Positions 51,205-64,000 of a stretch of 64,000 nt of DNA are shown here, in pieces (position 1 is the first letter of the stretch; each line of letters opens with the position of its first letter). The position numbers were made by a program, and so were the translations under genes. The DNA comes from the human T2T-CHM13v2.0 reference genome, Homo sapiens: NCBI RefSeq assembly GCF_009914755.1, contig NC_060940.1; one strand, given 5' to 3'. The notes beneath the pieces are model-generated. The model saw only the letters and a program-made list of their open reading frames with translations. It was not told where the DNA came from and did no database searches.

Positions 51205-51349
51205 TTTAAATAGATAAGTCTGGCTGTCTTGCCCAGGCTGCAGTTCAGTGGCTATTCATAGGTGCTATCATAGCACACTATAGTCTGGAGATCCTGGGCC
51301 CAAGCCATCCTCCCACCTCAGTCTCCCAAGCAGCTGGGACTACAAGCAC
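51205..51349 (-). mobile_element. FAM-type fossil Alu monomer
   Basis: cagtggctattcataggtg 7SL-like segment. Confidence 0.7.
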
Positions 51350-51667
51350 TTTGTCCCCCATCCCTCCTTCTACTTTCCCCCTTTTCTAAGGCAGCTATTT
51401 CCAACTTTTTGTGTTTTTCTGAGGTGCTGTGTTTACCTCCATGTCTCTAAATAATAGACCTCTATTGCCACGTCTTGATTCTTGATTTTTAGTTCTTGAA
51501 ATTGTGTTGACTTCCTGCCACCCCTGAACTGCTTCTGTGCCCTAGCCTCCCAATAGAGTTAAAATGAATTTCGTTTAGCTCAATAGTCAGTGTTCACATT
51601 ATAGTGACTGTGTAAGGGCTGTTCTTATCAACTGAGCTGTGTAATATTTCTTTATTTATCATTTTAA

Positions 51668-52187
<520 letters not shown>

Positions 52188-52299
52188 TAAACTATGCCAA
52201 TGTTCTAAGCCCCTCCAAATGCTTAGCACATAAGGTATTTTATCACTGTCATCTTCTCAGAGGCACTTGTCCTGGAGTTTCTGGCCAGCTGTGCCCAGC

Positions 52300-53050
52300 A
52301 CACAAACTTCATCCTAAATGACGCTTTTCTTCCATGCATCCCATGGGGCAGCTCCTCTCCTGTGTGTCTTATGTTTCCCTCTTTCTTGATAAACTGTTTC
52401 CTTTCATTGGTGCTCATCCCCCAGTAGCTTTCTGGAAGCGTGCAGGCAGTAGACATCCGAAAATATTTTTGTTCTTCATTTACACTCAATTGTTAGCTTG
52501 GCTGGATATAGAATCCTGAGTTGAAAACATCTTTCCTCCAGAATTTGAAAACATTGCTTCATCACTCCCAGCGTTGTTGTGAGAAGTCTAAAGCTAGTTG
52601 TAACCTTTCTTTTTGAAACTTTTGGGATCTCCTCTTTGTGTTCTGAAATGTCACTATTATGAAAGTTAGGCGAGTCTGTTTTCATCTACTGCACTGGGAA
52701 CTTGATGTGATGGGGCATCTGATGTGGTACTGCATGTCCTTCAGTCCTGGGAAACTTCTGGAATTATTTTTTCCCCTCCTTTCTGTTTTCTCAGGAACTC
52801 CATAACTATTCAGGTATTGCATCTCCTGAACTGATCCTCTCATTTTAGCTTTTCTTCTCTATTTTCCATCTCTGACTTTTTGTTCCACTTCCAAACTTTC
52901 TGTTGTTTTTAAATTTCTGTTATCATGTTTTTACTTTCCAAGTCCTTTTCTTGGCCCCAGATGTTCCTTGTTAAAAAAAATAGTATCCAATTTTGTTTCC
53001 TAGTTACAATATAGGTTTGGAATCTCTGAGGATATGAATGGTATCATTTT
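52300..53050 (-). mobile_element. Degenerate L1/HAL1 ORF1 remnant
   Basis: ORF-track 52476..52685 contains FQLRILYPAKL, the conserved L1 ORF1p C-terminal motif (RIxYPAKLSF). Confidence 0.7.
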
Positions 53051-53534
53051 GTTAGGTTGTTGTCTACCTGCATAGTCCCTGTTAGCTTTTTTCTCATTTG
53101 TTGTTTTGGACTCTCTGTGGGGTTGAGGCTGTCCATGGATTTCTGGTGATTCCTGGTTACCTGCACATATTTAAGAGCTGGGGGGAAGCTCTGTCAATCA
53201 ATATGGCTAAGTCAGTGGTGTGCTTCTGTAAGAATTAGCAGGCTGTGGGGTTCCCCAAAGAATTCCTCCAGCCTGGGGGTAAGGCTCTGGGCCACCAACA
53301 TCCTGGGAGCTGAGGGTGGAAGAGGGCTAGTGTGAGGTGGGGGGAGGCGTGTGTCCCAGCCTTCCATGTGAATTTGCCTTTAAAGTTTTCCTGTTTTCAG
53401 TTGGGTAGCCCTGCCCACAGCTGGGCTTGGTGTTCCCCAATTCAGAGACTGTCTATTTTACCTTCTTCCAGAGAAAAGGCTTACCGGTTCCTGCTGGGGT
53501 AGGGGAAGGACTGGCACTCTTAGCTGCTTCTTAA

Positions 53535-54177
<643 letters not shown>

Positions 54178-54674
54178 CTCATGAGCAGTATTGCCTGTGC
54201 TTAGGCACTCACTGAGCTTCTGTCCTGTGGCGAGCACCACTGGAGGAAGTGTGGGAAAGCAGGGAGCTCTTCCTTCCTCGGGGACAGGCAGCAAGGACCA
54301 TCTGGCTGAGGAGGCTAACGCCACGCTCTGCGTAGTGATGCATCAGGAGGCTGTAAAAGGACTGAAAGGACAGGCACCGCTCAGGAAACTTTTATATTCT
54401 CCTACTTGGCTGTTGTTCTCATTGCCTGGTGAAGGGCAGGATTAAGGTGGCCGAAATACATGACTGTTAGCTTCTGTTGTGGTTGATTTTAAATTTTTAA
54501 ATCTTCTCGTTGCACAAGTGAAATAAAGCCCCAAACTCTTGCCCACCACAGAAAGTGACTCGGGCAACACATGCAGAGTGCCCTGGAGCAGTGGGCACTG
54601 GGCACTCATAAGTTAGGAGGGACCCCAGGTCACTGCGTTCTGGAGCTTATCAACACAGTGGATAATTAAAATCA

Positions 54675-56012
<1,338 letters not shown>

Positions 56013-57773
56013 ATTGAGGACTGAGTATCCAACGGGGTGATCCCGCTGACAGGTCCACAGTGGCGATGAGGACCATGGGGATGATGGATATGTCCCGAAG
56101 GTTCTGATGGGAGCAGTTATGCAGGCACGGTGTATAACTCACTTTCTCCAGCTCTGTTTTCCTGTCTGCTGTCAGGAGACTTGCTCATAGATTTGCGTGA
56201 AGATGACACACAGATGACGGGCTGGGAAGTCATAGCACTGTTCCACACACCGGAAAGGGCTGAGGGCTCCTGGCTTGGAGAGCACTGAGTGTGGGTCCCA
56301 GCAGGACCCTCCCTCCATAGCTGGCTCCGCTCCCCTCTCTCTTTCCAGGGCTGACCTTGGCAGAGGTCACCGTGACCCTGAGGCACTGGCTGTTCTGAAG
56401 GCCTTGGGGAAACAGGTGGGTTTCTTCGTTTTCAAGGTTCTGCTAAAGGGGTGGGGCTGCCGGGGGTGGGCGGTGCTTTCGGAAGCTGGCTCTGCTGATG
56501 ATCCTATTACCTTTCTTCACTGCTGCCGGGATTCCCATTACCGGCGCAGGGAGGCCCCAGCTGCTCAGATCTTCCCGGGTGAGCCCTCAGGATGCTGCAG
56601 TGACCCGGCCAGGGCCCTCCACGGGGAGGCCGATGAGTAGTGGAGTCGCACCGGCCCAGAGAGCCAAATGCCACCATGCTTGATGCCCGGGGGCTGCACG
56701 AGCCCAGAGGAGCTGCCTGACCAGCGCGGGAAGCCGAGAGGGCTTGCTGCTGCTGGATGTAAGTCTCAGGTGGGACCTCTCTGTGGCCATCTGGAGTGGA
56801 AATCAGAGGCTCCACCTTCCAGCCTCGGCCATCTGATTTCTCAGCATGGTTTCAACGTGGGTGGCCTGAGGCTGGGTTCCAGGCCCACCGCGGGGGGCAA
56901 CGCCCTCCCACACCAAGATCTCTCCCCTCTAGGGTGAGCCGGGGTAGCAGGCTCCAGGATCCCACCATAGGTTCCCAGTAGATCAGCGTTTCTGCTACCT
57001 GTTTGTCATAGATTTCCTCCGTGCTTGTTAAACTACAGACTCTCTGGCCCTTTCTATGAAGACCTGCTAGGGCCTTGGGGGTCGGACCTGAGAAATCGGC
57101 ATAACAGGTGCTTCTGTAACCCCTCTCAGTGAAGTGGGAACCCCCAATTCCTGGGTACCAGGGAGCTTTAGACCAGTGGGAAAGGGCGGGATTCATGGGG
57201 GTCTGCGAGTGAGAAATGCCCTCGTAGACTTGATTACTCCTGCGGACGACCTCCTCTGCCCCTCCCAGGGTGACTCACAGGAGGCTTTCTTGCTCACCCT
57301 GTCTGAGTTTCTTGGAAACAGAGCAGATTTTTTTTCTGCCAACACTGGGGCCCCACCCTGGGTTGCAGGGATCACAACGAGGTTACAACACCTACTTTCT
57401 GAGGACACCTACAGGGGTGGTCGCTGTCATCTCCCGCCCCTGAGCCCTGCCATAGGAGGTTAAGGCCTGAGTGAGACGTAAGGCGGGACCAAAGCTCCCC
57501 CGGCTTGGGAGGAGGGCACTGGCCCGCCGTCTGTGGATCCTTCCAGAAACACGGGCGCTCCTGCAGGGGGAGGGGAGGCCTGGGGCAGAAACACTGGAAG
57601 AGTTTGCTAGAAAGTGTTTCCCTCTGGGGGTGGGGCCGGCCTGGCGCTCCCCAGCACGTGCGCGCGGTACCTGGAGAAGGTCCTGCTGGGACGCCTTTCC
57701 TTCCTGCGGCGCCCCGAGCTTGCCCGGCCGCTCCCTCCCGCGGCAGCGCCTTTCCCACGGTTCTAGGGGAGCT

Positions 57774-57807
57774 GGGGTGGGGTGGGGTGGGGTGGGGCGG
57801 GGCGGGG
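57774..57807 (+). repeat. (GGGGY)7 repeat, G-quadruplex-capable
   Basis: ggggtggggtggggtggggtggggcggggcgggg. Confidence 0.9.
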
Positions 57808-57939
57808 ACAGCTGCGCTTGCAGGGTGGACGCGGCCTCCTGGGCGCCCCCCAGCCCCCAGCCCCCCGCCCCGGCTCCCGCCCCCGCGCCCCAGGCCTGGG
57901 ACACGCGGCCAGCGGGGGGCGCCTGCGGCCGCTCCTCCT

Positions 57940-58022
57940 TCCCCGCCCGCGGTGAGTGCCGGGCCAGCCCGCTGCCACTGGGGCGGCCACTCGGGCGGCG
58001 GTGGAGCGGGAGCGCGCAGCAG
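57940..58022 (+). other. ADCY7: Probable non-coding first exon (5' end approximate)
   Basis: Strong donor cag|gtgagc at 58022/58023 followed by G-rich intronic sequence; no ATG in the exon. Confidence 0.55.
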
Positions 58023-58867
58023 GTGAGCGCGGGGCGCGGGGGAGCGCGGCGGGCGGGCCGGGGATGCGCCCGGGGTCGGGGGTGCCCGTGGCCGCTGCCC
58101 CTCTCCGCGCGGTCCCCACACAGGCGGGCGGGTGGCCCCTCTCCCGGCCCGCCCTTCCCCGGCCTCGCGGGTGCCCGGCGGTGGCGGCTCCTGCCCGGGT
58201 GGGTCGGAAATGCTCCGAGACCCCTCCCTCGGGCCACGACCTCCTCCCTTAGGCACGGCCAGGAGACGCTTCCCAGACGCTGCCCCAGCTGGCGCCCGCT
58301 TTCCGATAACAAGACTGAGACTCGAGGGAGGCCGCCCGGCCCCAGACCCCTGTGGTGGAGCCCGACTGGCTTAGGGCACAGAAGGGGGCTGGCTCGGGGC
58401 GGCGGGGCCTGTTGGAAGCAAACACTGCACAGGGTAGCAGCCTCTGTGGGCGCAGGACCGGGCTGTGGGTCTGCAGCGCTCCCGCCGGAGCCAGCAGCGA
58501 GCAGGACCCCTCGGTGGCCAAAGGGGACCAGGGTCCAGGGGAGAGTGAGCCAGGCCCGGCCCCTGCCTCGGACCCCAACCGGGAAACCCAGATGCCTTGC
58601 ACATGAGGAAGTGACAATGGGAGCCGACCCCGGGTAGGGGAGAGAGGCTGGAGCCTCTCCATGGATTGGAGTTGTTCCCTTTACTGGTTTATGTCTCAGG
58701 TCCCCTCCCTCAAAGGCCAGGAACTCCTTTCTGAGTCCCAGAGCTGAAGCTGGAAATGACCACGTGGGCGCCGTGGACAGAAGTAGAGCCCTTAAAATGA
58801 GGAACAGGATACCCTGTGTGGTCGGCTGAAGCCCCCTCGGGCCTGGTCCAGAGTGATGCTCCAGAGA

Positions 58868-58898
58868 TTGAATGAATGAATGAATGAATGAATGAATG
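58868..58898. repeat. (GAAT)n microsatellite, probably an L2 3' tail
   Basis: About 7 tgaa units. Confidence 0.85.
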
Positions 58899-59185
58899 CA
58901 TGACCAACAGGACTGTAGTGAACTCCGGGTGAGGCTACAGCTGTGGGGACTTAGGCAGGGGCTTTGGGCCCTGAGAGGAGGGGGTTCTCAGGTTCAGTGA
59001 ATGCCTTCAAACGTGGGCAGGTGCCCTTGTAGAAGGGAGTTTGTGGGCTGTGGAGCTGGGGACAGGCTGTGGGGAGGGGTCAGACTCCAGGTCTATGGGG
59101 GGACCCCACAGGAGTGGCTGACTGGGCCTGGGGAGCAGAGGTGAGAACCCTACATGGTGAGTTGGGTCCATATGCGGAGGCAGGA

Positions 59186-59500
59186 TTTTTTTTTTCTTGA
59201 AACAGGGCCTTGCTCTGTCCTCCAGGCTGAAGTGCAGTGGCACAATCATGGCTTACGGCAACCTCCACCTCCCAGGCTCAGGTGATCCTCCCACCTCAGC
59301 CTCCCGAGTAGCAGCTGGGATTACAGGTGTGCGCCACCACGCCTGGCTAATTTAGTAATTTTTTTTTTTTTTTTTTTTTTGGTGGACGCATGGTCTCACT
59401 ATGTTGTCCAGGCTAGTCTTGAACTCCCGGGCTCAAGTGATCCTCCTGCGTCAGCCTCCCAAAGTGCTGAGATTACAGGTGTGAGCCACTGTGCCCAGCC
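59186..59500 (-). mobile_element. AluJ
   Basis: Full dimer. Confidence 0.9.
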
Positions 59501-60978
59501 TTTCTTTCTTTCTTTCTTTTTGACTCCTGATTTTATGATTCAGTTTCTTTTCCATCTGAAGCAGTCTTCTGTGGCTGGGAACCTGGCTTCGCAGGACCAG
59601 GTGTTCCAAAGCTGCCTCTCCTCTGCTCGTTCGGGATCCCCAGGTGCTGGGTCCTCTTCCCTCAGCAGCCACACAGGCCCTAAGTGCCCTTGGGCTTAAA
59701 AGAGTGGGTACTTTTGGGCTTTTTACAGAGGAGAGCAGGGAGAGCTGAGGCTGCTGAGCCCTCCCAGGGAGCCCTCCAATTTCCCAGGCCCTTACAAAGC
59801 CCCTGCGTATCCCTTGTATCTTTAATCATAAGTTAGGCAGGACCCAAACGACCAGTCCCATTTGCAGATGAGAAAGCGGAGGTCCTCACAGGTCTGGTAG
59901 CAAGGAGCCGGGCTGTTCTCATGTGTTCTTGGTGGAGCTGGTTTGGGTCCACATCAGCGAGCCTGAGCTCCATCCCTAAATGCAGAATCAAGTGGGCCTG
60001 GTGAGTGCCCGACCACGGGCAGCACACATTCCCTGCCCTTGCCCCGCCCACCTCTCCCTCTTCCTGTTCATACCCCATACCCAGAAGAGCCCTGGGGCTT
60101 TGCTCCTGACCCCCACCTCTTGGAGCCCCCTTCTTGAAGGGCACAAAGGAATGTTGCTGATGGAGAGGGGCCTATGTCCCCTCCTCCCCATCCCTGCTGA
60201 ATCCAGCAAGGGGTGGCCTGTGTCTGGGCAGGAGGCAGAGAGCTGAGTTAGGCATGGGCCCTGCCATGGCCAGTAGGGGAGACCAAGTGGATGCACTTTG
60301 ACGCCAAACACTCACACTGCAGGCAGGCTAGGCTGTGCTTTTGCGCATTGAAGGGTAGGCAGGGGCCGTTACTTTTTACAGATACCCTGTATAAAAATTT
60401 AGGGTATCTTTGGGGGAGTTCGTGGACAGATCATTTTCTTATTTAGTCGTGCTTTCTGTGTTTTCAAAATTGTCGGCAATGAGGAAGAAAAGCAAAACTT
60501 TATTCCCTTTGTGTTTGCTCTGGTAAATTTTCAAGAGCAGTTCTGCTGCATCTGAATCTTAGAATTGGGTTTGCAAGATGAGGTCTGGAGGCTGATGCCA
60601 GTTTCTGAATTTGACAGGATATCACGTGGTGAGGTTCCAGGATTTTGAGGTATTTCAGTACACAATAGCCTCACAGCCTAACAGAACGGCCTGGGACTCA
60701 GGTGGACGATACCCTTTTGGTCGGTGGCAGAGCTTCATGTCACCTCTTCCGCTGTGTGTCTGCTGGGATCTGTGGCTCATGGCGGTTGGGAAGCTATCTG
60801 GGTCCTGCCTCCTCTTCCCAGATACTGCAGACTGTGTGTGGCCCCCTTGAGTGCTTTCTGCTCTCTGCGTAAGAGCCTGCACCACTCCCACCTCCCAGGC
60901 CTTGCCCTTTGCTGTGCCTTCTTCCTGTAAGCCTTCCAGCATGGTCCTATTGTGTGTCTTAGCAAGTACTCAGGCTCT

Positions 60979-61300
<322 letters not shown>

Positions 61301-61819
61301 CCAAAGTACTCAGGCCCCTCTTAGACAGTTGACCTCATGGGTTCCCCCTGAGCCCTGGTCTGTGGGTTAGGGATGTGGCCTGCAGGTGATTATGACTTCA
61401 GGCTCTGCCTTTTGGACCTGGACATTTGGGCCTCGACTATACTGTAAGGGGAGAACATGGCAGGCACTCCTGGCCCCAGCCCTCTAAGGCCCTCGTTATC
61501 GCCCAGTTTGCCAGGAGGTGGGGAGGCTCCTCTGCAGGTAAGCACATTCTTTCTCTGGAAATGGCTATGTGGGGCCCTGCTGGGGGAGGTGGTGGGCATC
61601 TGGCCAGGGCCATTGCCCGGTGTGGGGAGCGGGCAGCCTGCGGCCCAGCCCATGTGTGCACAGGAGGGTGCTCCTTCAATTAATGACCACCTGCTGAGTG
61701 AGGTGCCTTGAGCAGCTGTTTGCAGAGGGAGCCCCTGTTCAGTTAACAACAAAGGTCTTTCTTTGGAAGCTCTTGGGCCTGGAGGACAAGAGCAGCACAA
61801 GCTCTAAAGAGAGTCCCCT

Positions 61820-61940
61820 GGGCTTGAGTCCCAGCTCAATGTTTGGTAGCTGTGTGACTTTGGGCAAGTGCTTCAACCCCTCTGAGCCTTCAGTTTCTCA
61901 CTTATACAATGCGGACAGTAAGAGTGCTTATCTCAAAGGC
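61820..61940 (-). mobile_element. MIR
   Basis: agctgtgtgactttgggcaagtgcttcaacccctctgagccttcagtttctca core. Confidence 0.85.
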
Positions 61941-61997
61941 CAAGGATTTAACCTCCAGGTTAAAGGACACTGAAGAGAGGTGACAACAAAATGAATT

Positions 61998-63097
<1,100 letters not shown>

Positions 63098-63229
63098 GCC
63101 TGTCTTATGAGATTGTGGTGTGATGAAATGACATTACTTCCCGGTACTTAAAACAGCCTCTGGCACTCATCGAGCATTAGCTGTTATTGTTGCTGCCGCT
63201 TTTTGTTATCTTTAGTATGGGCAACGTGT

Positions 63230-63340
63230 GTCCCATCTCCTGTTGCCATGATCCTGAGGGGCAGGCCTTGTTTCTCCACTTTACAGATGACACAGTTGAA
63301 GCCCAGAGAGATGAAGTGGCTTGCTCAGGACACCGCAGAG
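63230..63340 (+). mobile_element. MIR
   Basis: ccactttacagatgacacagttgaagcccagagagatgaagtggcttgctcagg core. Confidence 0.8.
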
Positions 63341-64000
63341 GCCAGGGCCGTGGGAGGAGGACTGCAGAAGTGCTTAAAGTTTATTTTGAATTAATCATCA
63401 ACATTTGAAAACCACAAGATTTTTACATAAAGCCTAGATTTCTAGTTTCTTTTGCCAACTTAGAAGGCCTGTACCCCTGGCCACGTTGCTGCATGGCAGC
63501 TACCGGTGGAAGCTCGGCAGGGTGGCGCCTCACCCAGAGCTCGGGCCTCCAGTGTGCCCCAGTCCCCACCTAGCCAGCCAGCCTTGCCTGTCATTGTCCC
63601 CGCCTCGCCTCCGGGGGCTCCCAGTTCACTGTCCTAGGAAGTGATCGCAGGGTGCTGGGCCACAAAGCTTGGGTTCTCCCCTTCCCCGGCCTGCTCCCCC
63701 ACGCAGAGGGCATAGCATTGCACTGCCTTGACTCAGCCAGTATTTGAGCACCTGGTGTGTGTGGGCAATGGCTGGGGGCTTCAGGCGAGGAGGAAGAGGA
63801 GCTGAAGCTTTGGGGCTCCAGCCTGCTCTCCTGTCACAGTCCCAGGCCTCTGTCCATCCCTCCTGCAGCCTCAAATGTGTGCCTGGCCCTGAAGAAGGGG
63901 TGCGGGGTGGCTCGCTGACCACGCCTTGAGGACGGTGCAGGAGGAGCCCCCGGGCTGCTGTTTTTTTTCCTTTTTGGGTGTATGTAGGCAGGCAGTCCTT

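Larger units (their letters stand above)
57640..58580 (+). promoter_or_regulatory. ADCY7: CpG island promoter, probably the upstream promoter of ADCY7
   Basis: Very high GC and CpG density, GC boxes (GGGGCGGGG), + strand donors at 57952 and 58023; gene identity from remembered synteny only, no coding sequence in window. Confidence 0.7.

Noticed and set aside
57372-58662. Long ORFs of 294, 306 and 388 aa on both strands
   Set aside because: They overlap each other in a CpG island where stop codons are rare, have a Pro/Arg/Gly/Ala low-complexity composition and contain no recognisable domain.

Overview
Human (primate) genomic DNA. Bases 1 to ~47125 hold most of TENT4B (PAPD5), a non-canonical poly(A)/mixed-tailing nucleotidyltransferase, on the + strand. 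The window starts inside a long upstream intron (first exon not in window). Eleven GT-AG coding exons follow (23130-41147), which I spliced by hand into one open frame of ~500 codons with the GS..SDID..D catalytic motifs and a C-terminal KKRKHKR basic patch. A ~6 kb 3'UTR ends after AATAAA at 47095. Downstream is an Alu-dense intergenic region and a CpG-island promoter with non-coding first exon(s) at ~57640-58580, which from remembered synteny (16q12.1) is the upstream ADCY7 promoter. The rest is Alu (about 50 copies or fragments), L1, L2, MIR, DNA-transposon relics and a MER57 solo LTR with a 4-bp TSD. Nearly all ORF-track entries are Alu or CpG-island artefacts. No prokaryote-type system is present. 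The best candidate for something undescribed is a ~200 nt module in the short, apparently repeat-free TENT4B intron 6. It has a NAGNAG acceptor, five clustered 5' splice-site motifs (poison/decoy exon), and a CUGGU pentaloop of the type read by TENT4's own adaptor ZCCHC14, which an alternative 16-bp stem can sequester. This suggests an autoregulatory RNA switch but is untested inference. Exon numbers assume a single upstream exon 1. Repeat boundaries are approximate and read by eye.
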